DNA of 61,871 nucleotides, the filler included. It is 6 parts of 6 records of this genome, joined end to end, with 100 filler letters (N's around TTAATTAATTAA, not from the genome) between each part and the next. Parts side by side here need not be neighbours in the genome. Positions count along the whole stretch, not along the records: positions 24,963 to 36,585 come from SRR31156797_3375; positions 36,686 to 46,055 come from SRR31156797_3377; 4 more parts are not named here. One strand, given 5' to 3'. The notes beneath the pieces are model-generated. The model did no database searches. It had not been told where the DNA came from and saw nothing but the letters and a program-made list of their open reading frames with translations. How positions within the stretch are numbered: the stretch's first letter is position 1; every line of letters starts with the position of its first letter. The position numbers were made by a program, and so were the translations under genes. Positions 30,060 to 39,253 of the stretch are shown one piece after another.

Positions 30060-30410
30060 ATGGTAGAATTTCTAACAACAGAAACATACTTAAAGGGATT
30101 TCAGATAGCTTTTGATGAAGCGGAAAAAAGAGACGATAAAGACCTGAAGATCTATTTGCAAACTCTAGTACAACGATTAGAGACATTGATCGCACAAATT
30201 ACTCCGGAAAAATTCTGGCACGTTTGGTCAGAATTTTTAGGGATTGATGCCAAATTTGGGATAGTTGCGGAGTTGATTGTCTGTGAAGAATTTTCAGATA
30301 AAGAGATTATCCGAATCGTTGAGAATGATTACTGCTCCTATTTCAAAGAACTTTGCGGATATGATCTTAGTATGGCGCCAAATTTTTCGATAATTTTCAA
30401 TGTTATATAA
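30060..30410 (+). CDS. small acidic hypothetical protein (enterococcal)
   Basis: 116-aa ORF with RBS GAAGGA; followed by a hairpin at ~30457-30492. Confidence 0.65.
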   Translation: MVEFLTTETYLKGFQIAFDEAEKRDDKDLKIYLQTLVQRLETLIAQITPEKFWHVWSEFLGIDAKFGIVAELIVCEEFSDKEIIRIVENDYCSYFKELCGYDLSMAPNFSIIFNVI

Positions 30411-30916
30411 GCGGTGAGTGAATTCCTAGTAAAAAATTTAAACAGAAACTGTAGTAGAGTGTTAAAAAATAATAATTTTGAGCACTCTTTTTTAGGAGCC
30501 AACATGTAGAATTCCCTTCTTTTTAGGATATATATTTCTTTATAAGGATATATTCATAAAAAACGAGATATGAATTTTATAAGAATTTTTTGAAATATCA
30601 GCAGCTCAAAAAAGCTTTTGTTCTTTTTTATTGTTCATTGCAAGCTCCATCAACAGCTAAGTTAGTTAAGATCAGTTAGATATAAAAAAAAGTGGACAAT
30701 AGATGTTATGCTCGTGACTGTTCCTTTAGTTTTAAAGTATATTTTTCACTCTTCTAAGGCTACTTGTCACTTTTCTTTTTAATTAGCAAATTTTTTAAAT
30801 TTTAAATGGCACAAACTGTAAATATATGATTCCCCAAAAAAATCGCTTAGAAATAATGAAGTGATTTTTTTGCTTTCATTAAAAATATCGTGTTCAGAAA
30901 GCCACTAATTTCTGGA

Positions 30917-31041
30917 CACTCTTTTTAAATACCATAATTGATATGTATTGCTTTATTTTTGTGTTCATAAACTCATAACTAAATCATTGTTCAATTAATA
31001 TTTAGATTTATGAGTATTAGGACAAATGTTGGATGTGGTCA
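30917..31041 (+). repeat. ~125-bp direct repeat, copy A
   Basis: aligns by eye with 34381-34506 (CACTCTTTTTA.ATAC.A.AATTGATATGTA...TTTTTGTG.TCATAAACTC...AAATCATTGTTCA...TTTAGATTTATG...TGTGGTCA). Confidence 0.8.
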
Positions 31042-31081
31042 ACATGATAGTTTTTGAGTCCAGTCTCGGAAGAAGTTAGCT

Positions 31082-31110
31082 TTGACGTACACAAAAAAAC
31101 TTGTTATACT
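31082..31110 (+). promoter_or_regulatory. sigma-A promoter of putative antisense RNA
   Basis: TTGACG-17 nt-TATACT. Confidence 0.8.
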
Positions 31111-31116
31111 TCAGGT

Positions 31117-31207
31117 GTAGGTAAAAGGTATTGGTAGTACCTTTTACAGAACTGTTACGGCAGTAGTAATGAGGTTAGCTTAAAGGATCAGTCCTTTAAG
31201 CTTTTTA
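31117..31207 (+). ncRNA. putative type I antitoxin sRNA
   Basis: lies between a consensus promoter and a terminator; hairpin GTAAAAGGTA-TTGGTAG-TACCTTTTAC; antisense to the 3' end of a small hydrophobic ORF. Confidence 0.55.
31177..31207 (+). terminator. intrinsic terminator
   Basis: AGCTTAAAGGA-TCAG-TCCTTTAAGCT-TTTT. Confidence 0.75.
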
Positions 31208-31271
31208 TTTTGTTCGCAATCTCTAAGATCAAGTTAATGATCGTTAGGATTACTAGAATATTTTGCAACAT
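31188..31271 (-). CDS. putative type I toxin peptide (27 aa)
   Basis: MLQNILVILTIINLILEIANKIKSLKD: single hydrophobic helix with a lysine-rich tail. Confidence 0.55.
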   Translation of the reverse strand: MLQNILVILTIINLILEIANKIKSLKD

Positions 31272-31276
31272 TCTAT

Positions 31277-31312
31277 TTAGAACGTAACCTTTCCCATTCC
31301 ACTGTAATTCAT
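31277..31312 (-). CDS. putative leader peptide (11 aa)
   Basis: AAGGAGG 7 nt before ATG; MNYSGMGKVTF* ends 5 nt before the toxin ATG. Confidence 0.35.
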   Translation of the reverse strand: MNYSGMGKVTF

Positions 31313-31416
31313 TGGCAGACCTCCTTACAACCAACGTTTCAAAAAGAAATTGTAAAGTTGTTGGGGTCACCACGACCGAACAATACTACACCTGAAGGAC
31401 AACAAGTTTCCTTATC

Positions 31417-31425
31417 AGTATATCA
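31417..31425 (-). promoter_or_regulatory. extended -10 promoter for toxin mRNA
   Basis: minus strand TG-A-TATACT just upstream of the 24-bp inverted repeat arm 31386-31409. Confidence 0.55.
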
Positions 31426-32359
31426 CATTCTTAATTGATAGGTAGACTGCTTTAACACTCTACCTTTTTATTCAGAAAAAGCAATTAGTGATTCAAATTA
31501 ATAATAAAGGAGTGGATCAAATTTCGTTGTGTAAAATACTATAAGCAACTGTGGTCAAAAACTTAAAAGTTTCTGACTCATGTTTTTATCCGCACGCCCT
31601 AGTCTACATTTTATCGTGAACACATACAGCTCCCCATCAAAGCTCTATAGTAGAGGAACTGTTTTGTTCTTAATTGGATAGTGCTGTAAGAATTGGACAG
31701 CATTAAATATCCACTTGAGTCACTATGGACATTGGATGCTAGATTCGACTTGCCTGAATCAGTGGTTCCAAATGGCACAATGGCACATTGATCAAGGACA
31801 ATCTTTGCCTTTAAATAAGGCAAAGAGATCATGACTAATCGAAGAATCCCACACGAAGTGCGAAGGTGGGATGGCTATCGAATATACCTGAAGAAAAAGA
31901 AATCAAATAAGTTTAAAAGGTGATTGATTGGTAGCGTGTAATAACGTCCTAATTTTAGAGGAAAGAGAAGAAGAGATATGAACAGATTTATGAATTTAAG
32001 AATATCTATTGAGATAGAGGAAGAAATCAAAATTCGTTGAATAACTAGCATAGGTTCATGTGATTCTTACCAAAGGAGTTTATGAATTCTTTAACACATT
32101 TCAAATAGATCAATTAAAAAGGAGGTTTTAAGGTTTTTAGACATAGAATCATGTAAAGAGGGAAACGCAATAATAAAAAAGTATCCTTTTGCCACCGCAC
32201 CAGCCTATAAATATTGGCTGGTTTTTGTTTGAACGTGAATAACTAACTTCTCTATAAGATTCATATCTCATTCTTGAAATATACAATAGAACGAAATTGT
32301 ACTTGTTGAACAAGCACAAAAGGATGCCTCGTCGACGGGCAAGGTAGGGAGTAAACCAT

Positions 32360-32737
32360 ATGGAAATTATTATCTCAACATCTGGAGACAAACCAATTTA
32401 CGAACAAATCACAGCACAAATCAAAGAACACATTATGACAGGAAAATTAAAAACAGGCGATTCAATGCCATCAATGCGTGCTTTTGCCAAGTCACTACAT
32501 GTGAGTGTTATTACCGTTCCACGCGCATATGAAGATTTACAACGTGACGGATTTATCGAGAGTGCTGTTGGACGAGGCAGTTTTGTTGCTGTCCAAAACA
32601 AAGACGTGATAAAGGAAGAACAACAGCGGAAACTTGAAAGCTTACTACTAGAAGTAACTGATATTGCCCGTCAAAATGGCATAGGCATTGAAAGATTGAA
32701 AAGTTTGATCGATATTTTTTATCTAGGAGACGAATAA
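32360..32737 (+). CDS. GntR family (YtrA-like) transcriptional regulator
   Basis: KPIYEQI..QIK..I..G.L..GD.MPS.R..A..L.VS..TV.RAY..L..DG.I....GRGSFV. Confidence 0.9.
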   Translation: MEIIISTSGDKPIYEQITAQIKEHIMTGKLKTGDSMPSMRAFAKSLHVSVITVPRAYEDLQRDGFIESAVGRGSFVAVQNKDVIKEEQQRKLESLLLEVTDIARQNGIGIERLKSLIDIFYLGDE

Positions 32738-32739
32738 GA

Positions 32740-33606
32740 ATGACAAAACTAATAGAAATTAATGGACTAAAGAAGTCCTATTCAAAATCAGAATTCGCAC
32801 TTAAAAACGTAAACTTTTCCTTGGTAACATGCGAAATTATGGGGTTCATTGGCGAGAATGGTGCAGGAAAAACCACTACACTCGGCTGTATTTTAGGGAC
32901 ACTCATTAAAAGCTCAGGTAATATCAAACTGTTTGGTCAAGATGCTACCGATGAGAATTCATACTTAAGAGACAGTATCGGCGTAGTCTTCGATGTAGAA
33001 AGTTTTGGGCCACGCATGACACCAAAAAAAATTGCCAGTGTTATGAGAGATGTATACACCGATTGGGATGACAACTTATATCAAGAATATCTTAAAAACT
33101 TCAAGTTATCTTATAAGGCGAAAATCGTCACATTTTCACGAGGTATGACAATGAAATTGGCGTTAGCTGTAGCACTATCCCACCACCCCAAATTACTTAT
33201 TTTGGATGAGGTTACAGGTGGCCTTGATCCAATTGTTCGAGACGAAGTTCTGAACATTATTTTAGATTTTGTGAGTGACGGTCACAAATCGGTCTTGTTT
33301 TCATCACATATTACTAGTGATTTAGAAAAAATTGCGAATACCATTACTTTCATTCATGACGGTGAAATTATTCTGTCAAAAGCAAAAGACGTACTAACTT
33401 ACGAATATGGGATACTACGTTGCCCAGTATCAAAATTTTCCGACATAGATAAATATGATGTCGTGGCTTATAAAAAGCGAGATTTTCAAATTGACGTGTT
33501 AGTCCATAACAAAAGCGTCGTAGAAAAAAAGTATAAAGATTTGATCATGGATAAGGCAACCATTGAAGAAATAATGCTGATTATTATTAGAGGAGAGTCA
33601 CAATGA
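32740..33606 (+). CDS. ABC-2 type transporter ATP-binding protein
   Basis: GENGAGKTT, FSRGM.MKL, LLILDE.T.GLDP, SSHI. Confidence 0.9.
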   Translation: MTKLIEINGLKKSYSKSEFALKNVNFSLVTCEIMGFIGENGAGKTTTLGCILGTLIKSSGNIKLFGQDATDENSYLRDSIGVVFDVESFGPRMTPKKIASVMRDVYTDWDDNLYQEYLKNFKLSYKAKIVTFSRGMTMKLALAVALSHHPKLLILDEVTGGLDPIVRDEVLNIILDFVSDGHKSVLFSSHITSDLEKIANTITFIHDGEIILSKAKDVLTYEYGILRCPVSKFSDIDKYDVVAYKKRDFQIDVLVHNKSVVEKKYKDLIMDKATIEEIMLIIIRGESQ

Positions 33607-34282
33607 GAAAAAGTAAAACAATTGGTCTATTACAATACCGATTTTATAATCTGCCAATAGAAACTACATGGATGTACTTAATTGTCCTAGGGTGCGTAGC
33701 CATTGCCGTTTCACTTGGATGGACAACCATTGCAACAGGCATTCTTTTATGGTTAGTACCAAGCTTTATTAACTTTAACGGTATGGAAGTGGCAGAAAGA
33801 AAAAACACGAAATTACAGTTGAGCTTTCCTATTTCGAGAAAGCAAAATGTGGATATCAGATATATAAGTTTTATCATTGTTAACCTCATGGCCATTGGAG
33901 TGAGTTACATTTTTTACATGACAACGAATTTCTTCGTTGAGTAGAATATAATATCAATTTCAGCCTTGATCTAGATGGATTAAACTGGTTATTTGCTCAA
34001 GTGCCATTTTTAACTGTCGTAAAAATTGTATTGGGATTTACCTTGTTTCAGACAGCCCTTTACTATAGTTTATCTTATACAGTATTCAAAAATGTAGGAA
34101 AACCACCATTTTGGATAACCGTTATTATAACGGGCGTATATATGATGGCAGATTCCTACATTCATTTTATTAACTTGACATGGGATCAAATGCCAAATGC
34201 TATGTTAGGTGCGGGATTAGTTTTCTTTATAATTAGCTACTTCATTAGCGTCAAGGCATTTAGAAAGTTAGATTTCAGTTAA
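33603..34282 (+). pseudogene. ABC-2 type permease, frameshifted near 33940
   Basis: ORF 33603-33944 stops; another frame is open from 33941 (VEYNINFSLDLDGLNWLFAQVPFL...) to 34282 and ends in the permease-like YFISVKAFRKLDF. Confidence 0.65.
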
Positions 34283-34380
34283 ATAAGAAATCACCATAAA
34301 TAATAAATGAAATTTTGCCTATTTTTATAATTCAAAATATGAATCTTTGTTTTTACGAAATGATACAAATCAACTTCTAC

Positions 34381-34506
34381 CACTCTTTTTAGATACTACA
34401 ATTGATATGTACTACTCTATTTTTGTGATCATAAACTCGGAAAAAAATCATTGTTCATTTAAAATTTTAGATTTATGGTTATGAAGACTATTTTTTTGTG
34501 TGGTCA
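34381..34506 (+). repeat. ~125-bp direct repeat, copy B
   Basis: aligns with 30917-31041. Confidence 0.8.
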
Positions 34507-35737
34507 GAAAGTTTCTTTTTCAGAGGACAACGGAGTATGCTCTAGTAATAGAATTTTTTTAAAAAAATATCATTGACTTTTTTGAGTGATTTAATAGTAA
34601 TTAGTTCCTAATATAGACAATAGATAAGCTATGAGTGATTATGAGCTATATAATATTCCTATTTTATTTTAATAATGGTATATGATAGTATATTTCCATT
34701 CGCAAAACATTTTTTTAGGTGGGGAAACAACGACAATCTTCCCATCGATCAAGAATGAAGAAAACAGTTTCTACAGACCTGAGTAGGAGCTGAAAAAACT
34801 GAGTCTTCTACTTAATCCAAAAAATCTTGTAAGAGATCTAATTGGTGACTGGGCGTTATTCGCTTACTGATTAAATCATAATATAACCGTGCTAGAGAAC
34901 TATATATTGTAAGTCTTAAAGGGAAATGAACTGTAAATTTATTTGTGATTCTTCAGATCCATAAACTATAGAGAACATTGCCTCAGTTAGTCTATCATTT
35001 TTTTCTATTATATTTCCAACTAAAGCGTCAGTAGAAAATATGCAAAGTTCTCATTAAAGGGAATTTTTAGATTTTTTAATTCCTTAGTAGACATCGATTT
35101 GCAATCGCTTTCTTTCAAATATTTCTTAGAGAGACGAAAAATTTGATTACTTATTTACACGATTCCATTGTAAGCTAATAAGAGGAATAATTGTTAATAT
35201 TACCAATAAATATAACCAAACACTTTAAATGTAAGTTAACATTTAGTTTCTAAGGGAACTACTTAAACACAATAATTTTTTACTATCGAGATTGAATTGT
35301 AAATTAATCACAACGGTAAGGATAATTTTCATTTATTGAATAAGATGCTTTAAAATACCCTAAAGAAAAACGCTATTATCAATAACTGACGATTAGTTAT
35401 CCGGCGATCGGCCACCATCTGTATAACAATTACTCGTAATTTCTTGAAAATTTCATCTTTAGTGAATCTCGATTTTTTTTTGGACGCGCTTTTATGCAAT
35501 TCCTAATGAAGGATTTTTGCTTGAACAAACATAAAAGGTCAGTAGGGACTATTATAAGAAGTTAGTTGGCCTGGCGGTATCTCCAGCAATCCAACTGACT
35601 TAATGTGATTTGTTGAGCAATTATAGATGAGAATAGTAGTGCTTGAACCTAAGCTTTATTTGGAAATTAAATACTAAAGAAGTGATATCTACATTCATAG
35701 AAATTGTGAATCTGAGTAGAAGAAGAGGAGTTTTATT

Positions 35738-36585
35738 ATGTTGAAAAAATTAGGTATTATACTAGTAGTTGGAATGATGACGTTAGGTCATCCTCTTATA
35801 GCAGTGGCAGAAGGAATGGAAAAACCACTGCAGGAAAAGGAACGACTAGGAGAAGGAGACCAAGAAAGTGAGGATATGGAAAGAGACGAATCACCCCCTA
35901 AAAATGAGCTAAGTAATGAGAATGATCCTATTAATTCAGAAAACAGTAAGGATGAAAATGCAAGCGAAGACTCTTCACCTGTTCTTTCTGATTCAGATGA
36001 GAAAAAGCCTGAAAATAGCCACGAAGCCACCAACTCTGAGGAAAATGATCCTGATTTTTTGGATTCATCGGATACCATCGAACAAAAAAATGAGGAAAAT
36101 GAAGAGAAACTAATGGAGAAAACTGACTCAGACACTTGGGGGGAAGTTCCTTGGAGTTGGGATGAAGCCACAAAAACAATCACTTTAGAAGCAGGAGTTG
36201 CCGGAAGATCGTTACAAGCACCTTGGAGTTCACAGTATACTCAGGTAGAGAAGATTGTTGTTAAAGGAATCGTAGTACTACCTAGTGATAGTTCAGGGTT
36301 ATTCAGAAACACGAATCGATTGGCTGAAATCGATTCAGCTGCCAATTTTGATGTGTCAAATGTAACGAATATGAGTAATATGTTTCACCGTGCAGAGAGT
36401 TTGAAAACAGTAGACCTTAGTACGTGGGACACATCCAACGTGACGAACATGAGTAGTATGTTCACTAGTGCACGTGAGTTATCATCTCTTAATGTCAGTT
36501 CATGGGATACATCCAATGTGACTAACATGAGTAGCATGTTCAATAATACACCAATCTTATCCTCTGTTGATGTTAGTTCATGGGA
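35738..36585 (+). CDS. surface protein with 26-aa DUF285/BspA-like repeats, 3' truncated
   Basis: RBS GAGGAG; signal peptide; WG.VPW.WDEATKTITL..G domain paralogous to 27386-29566; DTSNVTNMSSMF repeats. Confidence 0.85.
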
Positions 36586-36685
36586 NNNNNNNNNNNNNNN
36601 NNNNNNNNNNNNNNNNNNNNNNNNNNNNNTTAATTAATTAANNNNNNNNNNNNNNNNNNNNNNNNNNNNNNNNNNNNNNNNNNNN
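36586..36685. other. artificial contig linker
   Basis: N-run + TTAATTAATTAA + N-run. Confidence 0.98.
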
Positions 36686-36701
36686 GATGTATCAAAAGAA
36701 A

Positions 36702-39236
36702 CTAAAATTTATATATCTTAATATCGTTATAATTTGTGTATGTAATATTTTGAGCAAAATCTTCGACCTCTTCCAGAGTTTTAAATAATATTTTTTTAGC
36801 AAGTCCGGGAAGAAGATCAAAATAGTTATCACTAAATTTTCCTTCTATATTTGTAGAGAGAAAAAGTGCTTTGACATATTTCTCAGAACTAATTTCCACT
36901 TCATAAGCTGCACCTATTTTTTTAGTTTTAAATTTAATATTAGTTTTTTCCAGTTTTAAATCTTTTTCATGAACTAAAAAATAGATATTTTTAGATAATA
37001 TTTCCCCTTCACTCTCAACAGCGGCATATATAAATTCACTGTTTTTATTTTCAATTAATTTGTCTAAATTTTCATGAAAATAGACTTCACTTGTTAATGC
37101 TTTAATTATGATCTCTTTTTCAATCTCTCGTTTGATTTCTCCATTTAAGCTCATTATTTTTATTTTTAATTTTGCTCTTTTTTCTTCTCTATAATCTGAA
37201 ACAACATATATTTGTATTGCTTCTTTATTTATTTTATTTTTCTCCTGTGTAATTGAAAGTAGTATAGGAGTATATGCATCTCGGACAGCATAATGCAGAG
37301 CTTTCCATTTACCATAATAATCAATACTAGACCAGCTCGCTACAGGCCAGCAGTCGTTTATCTGCCAATACAAAGTACCACCACAAAACTTCATACTCCT
37401 TCTATGTGCTTCCAGAGCTATCTTTACACCTTTAGCTTGAGACACCTGACTGAGAAAAATAAAGTCTGTAAAATTATCAAACTCACCATAATATTTTTGC
37501 ATATATTGTTTGATCAATCTATTTGCTTTAGATTGTTTTTGATGTGCAATCGTTGCTTTAGAATCAATATGAAGTTCATGTTCATCAGTATAAGTTTTTA
37601 CTGTGCTTAGTTCAGGAAATGATTGTAAACCATACTCACTCATAAATCTGCCAATAAAAGTTTCATAATTTTCATATGGTTCTTCTCCATGCCAAACTCC
37701 CCAGTAATGTATATCACCGGAAGTACTGGTATAAGTCGAATGCTCGTCATAATCTGTCATAGGAGATGATGGCCAATAGAAAGTTTTAGAGTTATGACTT
37801 TTTACTAATTCCGGCAGTAATTCATGAAATATCTTCTCATAATCATTCCATATTTTCTTTCTTGTGTGACTATCATATCTATCTTTCCAGCCCCAGCCGG
37901 CATTTTCATCTCTTTCTGACCAGGCTGTATCCATCTCATTGTTGCCACACCAAATAGCCATCGATGCATGGTTTCTAAGCCGCTTTATATTATAAATCGC
38001 CTCTTGTCTGATATTATCTAAAAAGGCGCTGTCTCCCGGATACATACTGCAAGCAAACATGAAGTCTTGCCAAACTAATATGCCGTATTCGTCACAGAGT
38101 TCATAGAAATAATCCTCTTCGTATACTCCGCCACCCCATACTCTTAGCATATTCATATTTGCATCAACAGCATCTTTAATCTCTCGCTCGAATATATCTT
38201 TCGAAACTCTGGACAAAAAATTATCATTAGGGATGTGATTTGCTCCTTTGATAAACACTGCTTTTCCGTTTAATTCAAAGCGAAAACTTTTCCCATATTC
38301 ATCTTTCTCTCTTATAACTTTAATATCTCTAATCCCGTATTTTTTACTATCTTCTGCTATTATCTTCTCAGCAGATATCTTTCTGATTTTAGTCTCTATC
38401 TTGTATAAATATGACTCCCCCAGTCCGTTTGTCCACCAAAGTTTAGGATTTTCTATCTCATATTTTATATCTATATTCTGCATTCCAGCCTTGGCTTCGA
38501 ACTCCTTATAGGATTTCAAGTAATTATTTATATATATTTCTACTCTGTATCTTGTCTGAGAATCACTATTTAGCTCAATACTGTTATTTAGGACAGCACA
38601 CTCTTGAGTCAGTTTCTCAGTAGTTATTCTCACATCAGATATTTTTATTCCAGACCAAGCTTCTAAATATATAGGTCGCCAAATTCCGGAAGTAACAAAT
38701 CTAGGCCCCCAATCCCAGCCATAATGATACGGAGCTTTTCTGGAAAAAACACTTAATTTATTGCCTTCTAAACCTCCGTCTTCTGAATGATCATTAATAG
38801 CCGGTAAGTTATAAGCTAATTTTTCCAATTTAGGCAGAGTTTCATTAATTGGAGATTTAAAATATATTTTTAAGCTGTTTTTTCCTATTTTAAGTATTTT
38901 TTTGCACTCAACTCTATATTCCAGAAACATATTTTCAGAATTAAGTATCAGCTGATTATTCAAAGACACCTCTGCATATGTATCCAAGCCTTTGAAAACC
39001 ATATCTATATTGTTCTCATCTAATATCTCTTTACTTATCTCAAATTCACTCTCATATACCCAGTCCTCTTTATCTATCCATTGAAGTTTTAGCTCATTAT
39101 CTCCGTAAAAAGGATCATCTATCAATTTATTCGCCAATAGATCAGTGTGAACAGTTCCCGGTACTGTTGCGCTATATGATTTTTGCACATTCGCATTTCG
39201 AAAAAACCAATTTTTGTTTAATTCAATCTTTTTCAA
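36702..39236 (-). CDS. beta-mannosidase (glycoside hydrolase family 2)
   Basis: RKAPYHYGWDWGPR, NMLRVWGGG.YE, WQDFMFAC, WCGNNE (acid/base), RFMSEYG (nucleophile), YWQINDCWP. Confidence 0.92.
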   Translation of the reverse strand: MKKIELNKNWFFRNANVQKSYSATVPGTVHTDLLANKLIDDPFYGDNELKLQWIDKEDWVYESEFEISKEILDENNIDMVFKGLDTYAEVSLNNQLILNSENMFLEYRVECKKILKIGKNSLKIYFKSPINETLPKLEKLAYNLPAINDHSEDGGLEGNKLSVFSRKAPYHYGWDWGPRFVTSGIWRPIYLEAWSGIKISDVRITTEKLTQECAVLNNSIELNSDSQTRYRVEIYINNYLKSYKEFEAKAGMQNIDIKYEIENPKLWWTNGLGESYLYKIETKIRKISAEKIIAEDSKKYGIRDIKVIREKDEYGKSFRFELNGKAVFIKGANHIPNDNFLSRVSKDIFEREIKDAVDANMNMLRVWGGGVYEEDYFYELCDEYGILVWQDFMFACSMYPGDSAFLDNIRQEAIYNIKRLRNHASMAIWCGNNEMDTAWSERDENAGWGWKDRYDSHTRKKIWNDYEKIFHELLPELVKSHNSKTFYWPSSPMTDYDEHSTYTSTSGDIHYWGVWHGEEPYENYETFIGRFMSEYGLQSFPELSTVKTYTDEHELHIDSKATIAHQKQSKANRLIKQYMQKYYGEFDNFTDFIFLSQVSQAKGVKIALEAHRRSMKFCGGTLYWQINDCWPVASWSSIDYYGKWKALHYAVRDAYTPILLSITQEKNKINKEAIQIYVVSDYREEKRAKLKIKIMSLNGEIKREIEKEIIIKALTSEVYFHENLDKLIENKNSEFIYAAVESEGEILSKNIYFLVHEKDLKLEKTNIKFKTKKIGAAYEVEISSEKYVKALFLSTNIEGKFSDNYFDLLPGLAKKILFKTLEEVEDFAQNITYTNYNDIKIYKF

Positions 39237-39253
39237 CTAGCCACCTCCTTATT

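Noticed and set aside
31188-31373. 61-aa version of the small minus-strand ORF
   Set aside because: The upstream GTG lacks an RBS; the 27-aa peptide plus leader ORF fits the signals better.
34520-35730. Long AT-rich intergenic region, including a hairpin at ~35559-35601, as a riboswitch or ncRNA
   Set aside because: No riboswitch consensus I can recognise; it may be decayed coding sequence or a leader but cannot be supported.
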